From contig OZ249436.1 in the NCBI GenBank assembly GCA_965235115.1, positions 19,098,001 through 19,158,000 on the forward strand: a DNA stretch of 60,000 nucleotides, written 5' to 3'. Shown one piece after another: positions 1 to 14,315 of this stretch. The notes under the pieces are model-generated. The model made no database searches and was not told the origin of the DNA. It saw only the letters and a list, made by a program, of their open reading frames with translations. The first letter of the stretch is position 1, and each line of letters begins with the position of its first letter. Made by a program: the position numbers and the translations under genes. This DNA is from Laetmonice hystrix (lineage: Eukaryota).

Positions 1-3000
1 CAGAGGGTGAGTGACGATCAGAACGGTTGGGAGAACGTACTGGAAATGATCGGTATATCATGACCTGGCAGACCCTAGCAGGACCATGCAGCCAAAGATC
101 GGCAGAACATGACCTCGCAGACCATGCAGCAATGTTTGATCTAGAGCGTGTTTGTTTTTCTCTTGGCTGACCTAGTTTAACACCGTGGATGACGTGACTT
201 GACATGTCGTCACCGTTAGATCTACTATCACGTCAAGATAAATATTATTTGCAGTGGTGCTTCTAGTCCAGGGTCAGACTGTCCATCGGTTGGGCGGGGG
301 GGGGGGGGGTTCTGTATAAAGAATTGCCATCTTTAGCGGCTGTCACAATATTTTGAATGTCAGTGCCAGAAATAAGAATGATTTGGTAAGATCGCTTACT
401 ACACTTTCAGCCGTCAGTCAGGCACGTCCGGGATCTAATTACAGTATAATTAGAAGGCCATGGGAGCAATTACACTGGGCTGGGATTACAGATCGATTAG
501 CGTGACCATTGAGAATGATTGGCCGTCATGGCGGCGATATTCGTCCGTCGGTTGTTCCACTCTTGGTGTGTGTGTGTTGGGGGGGGGGGGGGCGTCAGCT
601 CCTGCATGCCCGTCTCCACCAAGTCTCGCCAAACGACATCGTGATGGACGAGACGAGAGCGGTGAGCCTAACGGCCTGCCAGTGCGCATGACCGTCAGAG
701 GCTGCCGCTGGGTGGCGCCGCAGTCAGGCAGCGCACATTAAGGGTTTCAATCTGCCAAATATTTCTTCCCATTCACCAAACAAGCGGTCGCCTTCCCGTA
801 TCCTCGGCCCGCGTTAAATACACTGGCTGATTACATGTCGCCATACGAGCAGACACTCGTGCACGGCCACAATCACAGTAGTCAGTACCGAAATACGGCC
901 AATACAGAATTAAATCTATGTGAATCCCAATGAATGAGGAATGGTTAATGAGTACACCAGAAGAGCAAACGTAGATTTATGAACAGAAGCCCCATCTTCA
1001 ATATTCATCAAGTGTGTTTTAGTGTCTTAAGATATTTGACTGGGAAAATTAACGTGACCCGATTGAGTGTCATTAATTTTATTGATCTACTTCTCTTTGC
1101 CTGACAATGGTAACGCGAACGTACAAAGTCTTCTTAGGCGATTTCCTTTCTTATAATCGGATGACACAAATCCCCATTGTTTCAAATATATGCGCTAAAG
1201 CTCAAGTCAGCACAGTCTGGTTGCCAGGAACCAGGTCAGAAGTGTTCGTGGATGTTCTGCACCACTACAGTCGTACATGGTCCGTCGATCTTAGTGAAAT
1301 GACCCCCTCGTCAGTCGTAGGTCTTGTCAATCCGTAACGGCCAACGCCCCCTATCGGATGATGGTTGTCCATAGGGTGTTATCAAAGCGGCTGTGCAATC
1401 AAATGGATAATTTCCTTGCGAATTCGTGGAAGTTCCTTCATTTTCATAGGTCTACGTTAGGGACAGGTATCAAAACCCAGAGATTAGTGCAACTTGAAAC
1501 GTTTCCCTAGCCAGTAATGTCTATTCTTATTCTGGACAGGACAACAATTATACTTGGGGTCTTTTCAGTCGGGAAGTGCGTCATAAAATCGTATGTATAA
1601 GGGGTCAAAGGTCACTCCACAGCTGGTAGTTGCTTCATCTCTTCTCCTTCCTTCTCTTTCACCAAAGATCACAACGATAAGATAGGGTGCTGATTATAAC
1701 TCGACTATTTTCTCGCTCAGTGCGCTGTTTTCTCAAGTCCAGAACACATACGAGATTCTTGACCTAATAACTGTGACCTGTGATGCACAGTTCAAGCTCT
1801 TACAAATGGATAAACAGGAATGTGAGTGAGAACGAGGCTGGCCCAAGGTGAGGATGGTTAACACGTGACTGGGACGGCACCCACGTGACACACACGTGGC
1901 ACCCACCGAGTGCTGTACCTCGCCGCGCCACCTTCATCCTTACAATACGTCTGTATGTAAAACATCCTCCTCACAGAACCGGCAGCGTGAGACATGAGGT
2001 CGTTTATACTATGTGAGGGCCGAGCGGGTGAAACCCCCAACTGATTCATTGTACTGGATTCAGGCACGTGTACAAATTTAAAAAAAAACAACCTTTAGCT
2101 TTGGGGTATATACCCCCTCAAGCTTTAAATAGCCCCTATTGGTTTTGATTTGCAGATTTTCTAACATATTACAATCGAAAAAAATCTCCTTTCTAAATTT
2201 CGCTAGTTTTATTGGAGTCTCGAGTGTAAGGGCCAAAGGGCAAGCATTGTCTCTCTTCAGGGAAATGCCGAAATCAGCCCAGCTTGTGAAATGATAATAA
2301 CGTTCAAATTAAAACCCTTGTTCTTTATCAGCCACCAGAAAGGGCTAGTGGGGAGGCCTCCGCCTTTATCACTTCATTACGTTTTCTCCTTTATGCGGCA
2401 TGATTCGTCGATCGAACACGCTTCAGTTTTAATAAATAGCATCGTTATATTCAAAGGGCCATCGCCGGCTGAGCCTCTGAAGGCGCCGTCATGTAGAGGC
2501 CTTGTTCTCGACCCCCTCCAGATTTAGTTAGGGTGATGCTATTTTCACAAAGGGAAAGCGCTTACTGTCTTCTGATGAAAAGAAGCATTTTGCACAGGAC
2601 GTGGGAAACAGCGCGTATAATTAACGCTGCCATTACAGTTCAAAGAGCCACCCCATTGGATCCCTCTGGCGTTGACCCGAACTGGCAGTGGCCTTGACCT
2701 CTCTGGGCCTGACCTCTTCATCGTAGTGTCAGGTCATCGTTGTAGACGCCACTAACCCCTAGTGTAAGGAGTGACCGATGGAGCCATGGTTTTGATGGAG
2801 TCTGTCTCCTTAATGTGGGTCCATCATAATGCTGGCAGAGGCACGTGAAACGACATGCGTGAGTTAGATCTACGCCATGACCAGCTCAGTCGGCACGGGT
2901 AGAGAGAGAGAGGGGGGGGGGGGTTGTTACGTGGATGGGGTTTAATGAGGTTAACGGGGAGGAGGGAGGGGGTCTGTTATTGTCGATTCACCGGGCGTGA

Positions 3001-4671
3001 CTGGACACATGTTACAGCACCATGTAATTACTGTCCCTCAGGCTTCAGCCATGGCGTCAGTCAACCGCACCTGATTAGTATCACGGGATACGGTGAACTA
3101 GTGAAGCACTCCGTTGTCCTGAGAAACCTTCTAAATCATCTGTTTGAGGAATGTGACCTGACGCTCGGGTCTCATCTATGGATTCATGGCGGGATTATAT
3201 AAGTTAGGTTGACGGACAGGTAATTACTGAGGATAACTGATTGACTAGAATATTATAACAGTGTCCATCATCTGCAGAGATATTAATAAATCATGAAGTC
3301 ATATCGACCTACAGCCCCCCCCCCCTCCATCGGGGGACGGTCGTCACAGAGCCAGTCCCCTCATGCCATGCTCTAGAGGTTTGAATGGCAGTGACGACTT
3401 CCGGTCGGCCAAGACCTGACTTCCGGTTGGATGTTACCCGAGGAAACCTCCTGGGGGGGGGGGGAGTGTGTGTGTGTGGGGGGGCGGGGCGGAGGGGGGC
3501 AATGGCCGATTATAATACGGAGTAAAGACCTAAGGCCATATATTGTGATACATCATTGTCAACTGCAATGACCCATTGCCCCCTTTAAATACGACATGAG
3601 TGGCAACCTTCTACCCCAGGCCAGGAAATCCCCGTACACGTTTCTCCCGTACACCTACCCCAGGCCGTGCGTACGAAGGGGAATCCCCGTAGGCACAGCC
3701 CTCACGGACAGGGACCACCCTGTAACTCGGACAGACGTGCCAAGCTGACGGGTCCAGCGTTCCCCAGGCTCCGTGGACACAGCCAAATCCAAGGATAAAC
3801 GCTTGATTACCAAATGAGAACAGACTGGGCCAGCTTGATAACTAACACATACATCATGCCGAATTTTCCCACTGCCAGTGCCGATCACGAAATCAATAGT
3901 GTGACTCTATACGGCACTAACTCCACACTCGTACGCTTTCTGCCTACTATCTGTGTTTTGTAATGAAGGATTCATTATCTAAGAAGATTAAATTCAGAGT
4001 CCGGGCGGACGATAACCCTCGAGAAAATCAATAGAAGCAGAGAATGCGAGTCGGTCCCGGTGGGTCGTAGAACGGGTAAAAATAGGCTCGGCCTGGCGTT
4101 AGGAAAGGTCGGCGCCAGGCTCCGGCCACAGGCGAGCTAGGCGCTGAGGATGCTCAATGCGAAATACCAATTTGCAGTTTAATTTTGAAGCAAATTAGAA
4201 GGGTCCGATTTATTCATCTTTCTGATTACCCGATATCTTGTTCAAATAAAACATTCACCTGCATTTGCACAGACTTAAAATGCTGGAAAGATTTGATGAG
4301 TTTGTATTAATCCTTTTTACCATCACACTGAAATAGTGCTTTTTATTTAACTAGTGCATCGCTGTTTTTATAAATAGAACAAGCCTCATTGTTTTTTGTA
4401 AAGCTAGCGCACAAAGACCCAAACAATAAGGATTTATGAAGGAGGTTTGTGCCGGAGAGAAGTAACGGCGAGGTCAGGGACTGTTGATGTTCTACCGTCC
4501 GTGAAAATATTCCTTGTTATCAATGTAAGTATTGGCATGTGTACGTCCGTCGTAAGGGTTCCAGGTGAGCATCAGGAAGGGGGTGGGGACAGATGGGAGG
4601 GGTAGATAAACGCACCCTAACTCCGCCGTACTCTAACAGTCAGGTTGGTGATGATGCTGATTGTTGTACAG

Positions 4672-4757
4672 GCCCAGGGGCCCAGGGGTCCAGGGGCCCA
4701 GGGGTCCAGGGGCCCAGGGGCCCAGGGGCCCAGGGGCCCAGGGGCCCAGGGGCCAGG
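4672..4757. repeat. 8-bp GC-rich minisatellite (GGGGCCCA)n
   Basis: About 10 tandem copies of ggggccca/ggggtcca, read directly. Confidence 0.9.
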
Positions 4758-4917
4758 ATTTCGAACTTGATTTCTTTCTTAACCTTGCGCAATGACCTCT
4801 GCAATGTGTGTGAACAATGAGATGTATAATATCATGTATACGGGTGTTAAAGTCCTGGTCGGATGTGGTGTGGTCTTACTATACAAAGTTCAATATCAGC
4901 GGTAGAGAACATGATAA

Positions 4918-5051
4918 CATGACGTCATCACTACGGGTAACGAAAACGAGGGCATGACGTCACTGTGATGTTAACAAAAACGAGGCCATTGCTTCACATT
5001 GACCACTGTTAACGATAACGAGGGCATGACGTCACTGTGACCATTGTTAAC
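4918..5051. repeat. Degenerate ~35-40-bp tandem repeat carrying three TGACGTCA (CRE) palindromes
   Basis: Recurring aacgagggcatgacgtcactgtga...gttaac blocks. Confidence 0.65.
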
Positions 5052-7744
5052 TCAGAGTCGGCAGGACTAATGAGGGATTTTCTCGCCGTCCAGACACAGT
5101 TCTGGCCAAGTCTGGCCAACATTCTGTTCACGACACTTCACGGAGCGACCGTCCAGAGACGGGCAGGCCTAACTAGAAACATGTTTTCCATCTAAATGTA
5201 AAGTGATTTTATAAGAGGTCTGCTTCACAGCATACCGGAAACCGGAATGGCATGTACAAGTACCAGATTTGGCATTCATTGGGGGCTGTCCAGAGGTCGT
5301 GCCGGTCCCCGAGGGGCCCACATAGCCACCCTACTCTCAACGCACTGACTGGTTCGGTACTGTGTAATCGTTGATCTTTACTACCGCCACTATTACTACA
5401 ACAAATCTCCCCTAGATGAGATCTTTCCCCAAGGAACCTCATGACACCATCGTCATCTCCTGCCTACATATGTCCCCTTCCATTGCTACGTGTCTGCGGT
5501 TCGTTTGACACCCCCGACCGTGTATGGAGGCGTGAGGCTCGGCCTCAGAACACACGTCTATTGACTCTATACACCCAAGGACCGTCCTGGGGCGGGTATT
5601 TATCGACTCTCTCAGTCCCAACACGTCGATCAGCCGCGCTCATCATCGGTATTTTTAAACACTTCCAACTGGAGAGAGAAAAAACTCCAACCCAAAACGA
5701 CACAGGAGCTACTTAAGGATGCGCCTGATACTCAGGCATGGCCGCCGACTGGAGGAAGCAGCTAACAGGGATGTAATATGTTTTTCTTTTTCATTCGTTC
5801 TTGCTTATGACCGGAGGATTCGAGTGACGTAATCGAATAATGGGAGCCTGCACGCGAGAATAGCGTCGCGTCAACAGCGTGCGGAAAGACGCGCATGTCG
5901 TTAACAATGTCACGCACCGTCAGGCGTCGCTACGGAGGCGAAAAACAACGTGTCGCCACTGTCGGCTGATGAGTGCACTTTGCCTTTCATCAAAGTCTAT
6001 TGTGATGAGATGGCAGCCACGCATGCGTGGTGTAACCTTCGACAGTAAGCTGCAAACAGTGTTTACAAGTCAGCTGTGTGTGCCAAACCTTACATCAATT
6101 GGATGAACAGGAGTTTGTGGCTGAAAGCCTTCATGAGTTAGGCGATAACTGAGGAGGGGGAGGAGGAGGGAGGAGGGAGTATTAAGGGAGGAAATATTAT
6201 TTGATTTTTAAAGCTACAACAAGTGTTTCTTCAACTGAGGAGGAGGAGAAGGAGGAGGAGGAGTATTCAGGGAGGCATGGTTTGATTTTTTTCTAAATCT
6301 AAAAGACGTGTTTCTTCGGAAGGGCACTCAAATTAACAGTCACTTTAACACAAAAACATAGAAGCCAAGGAACGTATGGAGAAACATGAAAGCTATATTT
6401 CAGATGTATAGTACGATTTCTTTTCTCAATCCCCCCCTTAGTGCATGTTTACCGGACTTCAAAGTTCACGTGTGCCAACGGTTCGAAACATCTGTCGGCG
6501 CTCGAGTTCTTTTACTCCAGCGTAGGCGTACAAAACTCTTTTTTTTAAAAAGGTGGCCGGAGGCAAACCCGTAAATATTATTTAAACCAAGGTCACGTTC
6601 TCCCTTGATCCATCGTCACCTAATTTTCACTTTCTTCAAATATCTAATAAAATAATGATTAGATTATTTTTTCTCGTATCACCCCATCTGAGAGAACCAG
6701 GTGGTACGAATGTTCGTCATTGGTGATGACGTCATGTCGACAAGTGTGCCTTGGCCTTCTACATCTTACTTATTTAAAATGCATTTATGTTGCGTTATAA
6801 GGAGACTAATATTATCAGTTTAAACGGGTAAACAGTCAAACATCGGAACCTTCCTAAATCACACAACAGTTGCTGTCACAATGAAGGACTTGCCGTGAAA
6901 AACCTCCATACGCTATTGATGGATTAGTTTAAAGCGTTGAAAACAAGCGCTTTAAGTGAAAACTAAACAGCGGAAGTGGACCGTTCCAATCAAAGATGCT
7001 CGACTGCCAACACCGATTGCGTGCCGGAAAACCATAATAATAGGATTAGTTGCCGTTGTTAGGTGGCGGCCACTCACGCTCTTGTCACACGACAGTCGTT
7101 AACTCCACCCAGTCTACGTCCCCACCAAACACAGCAATGGCGTGTCAAAACTACCGCTTCACTAGATTACACATTTTTACCTGTACAGAACAGGCTACGA
7201 GGGAGTTTTATGAATAATCTATTAATTATTATTGTTTAGTATTAAGCAGATTCTGGAGTGTTAATGGCCCTTACGCGTTGATAACAAAATGTTTATAGTC
7301 AGCTCTGAAGCAAAGACAAGTTTCTTATCGCTCTTCAGGCAAATCAGTGAAATAGGACGTTAGAGGATCGCCCTCTAGGCCTACATTGCAAGATATGAAG
7401 ATCAGATACATCAAATCAGTTCCCTTCAGTAAAATGAATGTGAAAATAAGGGATATAAGGGACATTAATGAGCGTTTTTAGTATTGTCAATAATATTGTC
7501 TTGCCGCTGATATTAATAAGTCTCCTTTTTCTGGACCCTTACAAGGACCGTCGTGGAGTTAAGTTATACGACTGAGATATTGGAAGCTCTCTTATTATAA
7601 TTTAGCGTCAAGCAGATAAGCCCCCGGCCGAGGAAGGGCGTTTAAAACACGTCATTATGCGTCTTTACTATATTACAGATTTTTACCCCTTTATAAGGAC
7701 CATCATAGCGTTAGGTACATACTGCATACGGAACACCCGTATAA

Positions 7745-8140
7745 TCAGCGTCAGCTAAAATAGTAAACGGACAGAGGTAGTCTTACCAAAGCGTCAGATA
7801 ACGGGTGTACAGACAGCGATAGTCTTACTAAAAGCTTCAGCTAAATAAACACAGCGGTAGTCTTACTAAAAGCGCCAGCTAAATAGTGTACAGACAGCGG
7901 TAGTCTTACTAAAAGCGCCAACTAAATAGTACACAGACAGCGGTAGCCTTTCTGAAAGCGTCAGCTAAAATAGTACACAGACAGCGGTAGTCTTACTAAA
8001 AGCGTTAGCTAAATTGTACACAAACAGCGGTAGTCTTACTAAAAGCGTTAGCTACATTGTACACAAACAGCGGTAGTCTTACTAAACGCGTTAGCAAAAC
8101 CACTGTATAGGCAGTAGTAGTCTTACAATAAGCGTCAGCT
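7745..8140. repeat. Degenerate ~43-bp minisatellite
   Basis: Recurring cagctaaatagtacacagacagcggtagtcttactaaaagcg; tcttact recurs at 7861/7904 and 7991/8034. Confidence 0.85.
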
Positions 8141-8712
8141 ATATGACGCCACGGCATACCGGGAGCAGTTTTATAATACGGCTCAGCTGTCGACCGACTG
8201 ATATTAGGCATCAATTACATCAAGCCGCTGCAAATATAGCGAGCGCATTTACAATACGCATCCACTAAGATGAGGCTGCCTTACAATTCTCATGCCGGTC
8301 CTTTTTATACCCACGTCCAAGAGGCTTAATTACTTCATTAGAGAAACCCTATAGATTACCCTTGGTCCGACTTTATCCATGTCTTTAAGCTTTATCAAAT
8401 CAGCTTCCCTCGCGGATGTGCATCGGCGCATTGAACCAGGTTGGCAATTCATTTACTTAGACAAACATAATTTTGAAACATCGGGACGTGATCATTCCAA
8501 GGGCGGATTTCAAAGTAAATTAATGAAGAGTGACAAAAACATGTGAAGCAGGGAATCAAAGAACCATGGTATAGTTCAGAGGGAATAAATGACTACAGAC
8601 ATCTCGACTCATAAAATCCTGTCATTTCTAATAATATAATGTCCATGGAGACATCGAACGTAGATATAATTAAATTCTTCTAAATCTCAACAAGCCCTTC
8701 GCAGGTCTCACC

Positions 8713-9925
8713 GGCCTGGAGAGGTTGTATCCAGGTATCGCCAGCCTGGAGAGGTTGTATCCAGGTATCGCCAGCCTGGAGAGGTTGTCTGCAGGTATCG
8801 CCAGCCTGGAGAGGTTGTCTGCAGGTATCGCCAGCCTGGAGAGGTTGTCTGCAGGTATCGCCAGCCTGGAGAGGTTGTCTGCATGTATCACCAGCCTAGA
8901 GAGGTTGTATCCAGGTATCACCAGTCTGGAGAGGTTGTATCCAGGTATCACCAGCCTAGAGAGGTTGTATCCAGGTATCACCAGCCTGGAGAGGTTGTCT
9001 GCAGGTATCGCCAGCCTAGAGAGGTTGTATCCAGGTATCACCAGTCTGGAGAGGTTGTATCCAGGTATCACCAGCCTGGAGAGGTTGTCTGCAGGTATCG
9101 CCAGCCTGGAGAGGTTGTATACAGGTATCACCAGCCTAGAGAGGTTGTATCCAGGTATCACCAGTCTGGAGAGGTTGTATCCAGGTATCGCCAGCCTGGA
9201 GAGGTTGTCTGCAGGTATCACCAGCCTGGAGAGGTTGTCTGCAGGTATCGCCAGCCTGGAGAGGTTGTCTGCATGTATCACCAGCCTGGAGAGGCTGTCT
9301 GCAGGTATCACCAGCCTGGAGAGGTTGTCTACAGGTATCACCAGCCTGGAGAGATTGTATCCAGGTATCACCAGCCTGGAGAGGTTGTCTACAGGTATCA
9401 CCAGTCTGGAGAGGTTGTATCCAGGTATCGCCAGCCTGGAGAGGTTGTCTGCAGGTATCACCAGCCTGGAGAGGCTGTCTGCAGGTATCACCAGCCTGGA
9501 GAGGTTGTCTACAGGTATCACCAGCCTGGAGAGATTGTATCCAGGTATCACCAGCCTGGAGAGGTTGTATCCAGGTATCACCAGTCTGGAGAGGTTGTAT
9601 CCAGGTATCGCCAGCCTGGAGAGGTTGTCTGCAGGTATCACCAGCCTGGAGAGGTTGTCTGCAGGTATCGCCAGCCTGGAGAGGTTGTCTGCATGTATCA
9701 CCAGCCTGGAGAGGCTGTCTGCAGGTATCACCAGCCTGGAGAGGTTGTCTACAGGTATCACCAGCCTGGAGAGATTGTATCCAGGTATCACCAGCCTGGA
9801 GAGGTTGTCTACAGGTATCACCAGCCTGGAGAGATTGTATCCAGGTATCACCAGCCTGGAGAGGTTGTCTACAGGTATCACCAGCCTGGAAAGGCTGTCT
9901 GCATGTATCACCAGCCTGGAGAGTT
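8713..9925. repeat. 30-bp minisatellite (GAGGTTGTATCCAGGTATCACCAGCCTGGA), ~40 copies
   Basis: Exact 30-bp period; it accounts for the ORFs at 8670-9968, 8725-9963 and 8883-9998. Confidence 0.97.
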
Positions 9926-10019
9926 TGCAGGTTCCCAGGAGCCGCGCATGCGCCCTGTTTTGACCCACCGGAAGGAAATAAGATACATCATATTATAAAT
10001 CAGTGTAGCAACCAGACCG

Positions 10020-10230
10020 TTTCACTCGTTCCCCGACAGCTTCCATCGTTTCGTCAGGACCTGCCAGTTTCCCTCGTTTCGTCAGGACTCATGCCTGCCA
10101 GCTTCCCTCGTTTCGTCAGTACTCGTTCCCTGCCAGCTTCCATCGTTTCGTCAGGACTCTTGCCTGCCAGTTTCCCTCGTTTCGTCAGGACTCTTGCCTG
10201 CCACCTTCCCTCGTTTCGTCAGTACTCTTG
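10020..10230. repeat. ~34-bp minisatellite (ttccctcgtttcgtcaggactcttgcctgccag), ~6 copies
   Basis: tcgtttcgtcag recurs at ~34-bp spacing (10143, 10177). Confidence 0.85.
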
Positions 10231-10787
10231 GTGGAGACTAAATCTGTTGTAGACTCAGTTCTTACTAAGGAGGTTGATGTCGTTTTTGACCTATTAAACA
10301 CTAGGAAACGGCGACATACCACAAGTGTTTAATAATTCGATATTCTCGAACAGCTTCATTGATTAAGCAATTTTACTGGTGTTGATCTAAGAGAAATCAT
10401 TAGGTTGAAGGCTTGTAGTCGTTTGTGAGCCCCCCCCCCCCCCCCCACACACACACAATGCCTTTATTTTGGCATACTCCCTGGCGTCTGGTAGTTCTTA
10501 CACGGACCATAGGAGAGAGCTGACATCATAATCACAGGAGATGTCTCTGGGCTAGCTAACCACTGACGTCAACACTGAACTCTGGTCGTGAATAACTACA
10601 GCTCTCGTTAGTTTCTATTCTCGACATCCCTCTGCTCCGTGTTCCAGAGTACAGCCATCGCGGCTCACGACTCATACTCTGGGCTCTGAACCTGTTAAAG
10701 CGCTTTTCGTCATTATCATCACTAATATACATAACCTGAAACCATCCTGTGTAATCAACAGACAGACTCATGTCTCGCGAGGAGGCC

Positions 10788-11010
10788 ACATTGTGTGTTC
10801 TTTATAGGGAAAGAATACGTTATGAAATTGTGTCCTCAACCACGATATGCTCCCTTTATAACATTGTGTGTTCTTTATAGGGAAAGAATACGTTATGAAA
10901 TTGTGTCCTCAACCACGATATGCTCCCTTTATAACATTGTGTGTTCTTTATAGAAGAGAATACGTTATGAAATTGTGTCCTAAGCTACGATATGCTCCCA
11001 TTTTTACATT
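10788..11010. repeat. 73-bp tandem triplication
   Basis: acattgtgtgttctttatag starts at 10788, 10861 and 10934. Confidence 0.92.
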
Positions 11011-13617
11011 GTTGAGCACGTGTTGGATTGTAGCGTCAGGAAACAGACAAATGCTTGTTTCGTTCAGAATATAGGAGGCGAGTAGTCGTGTCCTAGTTCC
11101 GGGAGCTATCGCTTTACGTTTTCTATTTATCTTGTCTTGAGAAGGCAGGGTTCATATCGACGTCTTTCTCCAGATAAGATTTTGGAGTATCCGTAAAAGT
11201 TTTCGCGTGTTCAGCTCAGAGAGTGGCAGTGATCTCCGCCCTTGCTGGGGTCACAGGAATCCCTTATCAGCCCACCCGTCCTTCCTGCGCACCTATCACG
11301 CATGTATATTTCCCATCGTGTCGTGACTTGTAAAAGATGCCCCTGACACAAGCCCGCGTCTGTGTGTGTGACAGAGTTGGACTTTATCTGAAGGCACAGT
11401 GACCGCGGGGACGCCCGGCCCAAGGTTACGGCCAATCTGTATGGTGGAGCGGAAAACACGTCAAGAGCTATCTGCTCCCTGGCGTCGGCCAATCGGCGTC
11501 GGTCAGCGCGTCCCGACCCTTCCCGGCGTGCACCGCTAACCGACGGATATGAAAACCAGGAAACAAGAACTTATCAAGCTAATGCAAACGGGGGATTGAA
11601 TCGGAGTGCGAACTGACCTAATTCTTTGCTATCGCCGCATATGGTCTGATCGACGGATGGGGATGGGAATGGGAATTACGGAGCCACGTCTTGGTCGACA
11701 TGACAGGCGTCATTGGTCGCTGATAAAGATGACTGTGACAAAAGGGACGGACGAGAGCGGCGTCCTGTTAGAGCAGGACATATAGCCTGAGGTTAGAGAC
11801 CTTTACTGTTTATAGAATGATTGACATACCCGGCCTGAGAGACGTCAACTTCTCTGTACGATTCATATATGACACATCTGGCGTGTCATAATGACGGACT
11901 CAGTTAACTCTTTACGTTTGGATGATATAGCCCGGCCTTACAACTTCCATTCTATTCCAGGCTATCCGTATATCGTGTTGATCTGTCGGATTATTTGGTG
12001 GCTCCATCTGACTCGTGGATACACTGACAATATAGAGTTCAGTGTTGCTAACCTGGAGAACAAAAATCTGTGAGCATGGCGAGCACCAGAGGTGCACTTT
12101 GGGGGTTGTGGTTATATTTGGATAAATTTACCGTGCTTATGTTGTCATTATGGGTGAAATTAAAAGAAGAAGCCATTTGTCCAAAAATCTGTGAGATCCA
12201 TCACCCGTGAGCCGTGAGTCCATGAGCTATCACCAGCAATATCCACTGTATCCTCATGTTTATATATCTGCGTCACCTTGAGCTAGAGAGTTCGACCTTC
12301 ATATGTGGCTGTAGTATATATACGCATGCGTCTAACCACGCATGCGTCTAACGATTTCATGATTGACAAAATAGTAACAAGAATGACGACAAGGAAGCCA
12401 CTGCCTACACGCAATGACTCATATAAGGGGGGCCTTTAGTACAATGGGAGAGCATTAACATTGAAACCAGCCATCTGCGATACACGGTGGTTGTATACGT
12501 AAAGAGGCTGCACGCCCGCCGGTTGTACAGGACGCAGTGTTTATCAGATCGAGGCGCTGGCTACAGAACCTGGCAGAATGCAGGACATGGCCTCCTGATT
12601 TCATTAAGACTGTCACAGCCTACAGCGGCCATGCCCTCGCGCCGACACTATCACTGCCCGCCCTGTCACAAATGGCTTCCTGACATTCCCAGCAATCCAA
12701 TCCCATTGCCAGCCATGCCCTTCGTGTGCGTGCCCCCACCTCCTCCGCCACTGGAAGGATGTACAATCTGCACATCTTCGCCAACTGCCATCTAATATGT
12801 AGGTGACGCGACCCTGTCACAAAGAATCAGTTTCACCACTACATATTTCCTGATGAGCAGGCAAACGTCTTTCACCACATCAGCCCGTTCTAATTTCTCC
12901 GGCGTTCACTTTTTACCTCTATTTTATCTCCCTCTCCTGCACAGTACCACGGACTCTCAGATAAACATATGTGGAGAAAGAGCAGCAAAAAGAATCAGCG
13001 CCATATTTTATTTTGTATTTACTAAAATAAAAGAGCCTGTAATATATTTCCTTGTAATTCTGGATATAAAGGAAGAACTCCATTGCGAGACATGGAAGAA
13101 GCACATTGAGATTCAACCTTTAAGGACGGCATCACAAGGTGATCTCAAGTCCTTGTATTTGTGAGGGAAATCTTAGGCTTCAAGGTAAAAGCGACTGGCT
13201 GAAATATCCACTTATAACTTATACATGGATCAGGCTCTCAGGGAAAGCTACACTGGTCCCTGCCCAGGAAAGTGCATTTCATGAGAAAGTCTGCGAAGAC
13301 AACAGATGTTTCCTGATGGAACCCTTCATTATTTAAACAATACCTACATGGTAAGTGCATAACCTTCAGCAGATTCTTTAAGCGAGAAAGCAAGGCAGTT
13401 TGTGTTTTAGTAGTTTTCTCTCGAGTAACCACCAAAGGGGTGTGATTCTCATAGGCCCAGATTCCGTACGAATACCCTTGGTTTTAACCAACCCTATGAG
13501 GGGCATAGACTGAGTGCACACCCCACAGGTTTTTACTCACCCTCTGACGGGCAGAGACTGAGTGTACACGCACTGGCTCTAACTCACCCTATGAGGGGCA
13601 GAGACTGAGTCCACGAC

Positions 13618-14315
13618 TATGGAGGAGGGGTAGAGAGGACCATGGAGGAGGGGTAGGGGACCATGGAGAGGGGGACCATGGAGGAGGGGTAGGGGGGCCG
13701 TGGAGGGGTAGGGAGGACCATGGATGAGGGATAGGGGGACCATGGATGAGGGGTAGGGAGGACCATGGAGGAGGGGTAGGGGGACCATGGAGGAGGGGTA
13801 GGACCATGGAGGAGGGGTAGGGGGACCATGGAGGAGGGGTAGGACCATGGAGGAGAGGTAGGGGGACCATGGAGGAGGGGTAGGGGGACCATGGAGGAGG
13901 GGTAGGACCATGGAGGAGGGGTAGGGGGACCATGGAGGAGGGGTAGGGGGACCATGGAGGAGGGGTAGGGGGACCATGGAGGAGGGGTAGGGGGACCATG
14001 GAGGAGGGGTGGGGGACCATGGAGGAGGGGTGGGGGACCATAGAGGAGGGGTAGGGGGACCATGGAGGAGGGGTAGGGGGACCATGGAGGAGGGGTAGGG
14101 GTGGACCATGGAGGAGAGGTAGGGGGACCATGGAGGAGGGGTGGGGGACCATGGAGGAGGGGTAGGGGGACCATGGAGGAGGGGTGGGGGACCATGGAGG
14201 AGGGTGGGGGACCATAGAGGAGGGGTAGGGGGACCATGGAGGAGGGGTAGGACCATGGAGGATGGGTAGGGGAACCATAGAGGAGGGGTAGGGGGACCAT
14301 AGAGGAGGGGTAGAG
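13618..14315. repeat. G-rich 20-23-bp minisatellite (GGACCATGGAGGAGGGGTAGGGG), G-quadruplex-prone
   Basis: About 30 copies; it accounts for the Pro-rich minus-strand ORFs at 13579-14490. Confidence 0.95.

Noticed and set aside
11940..12055. Candidate minus-strand exon after tttttgttctccag|G
   Set aside because: Phase 1 gives an immediate stop. The phase-0 peptide is unrecognisable and the donor is weak.
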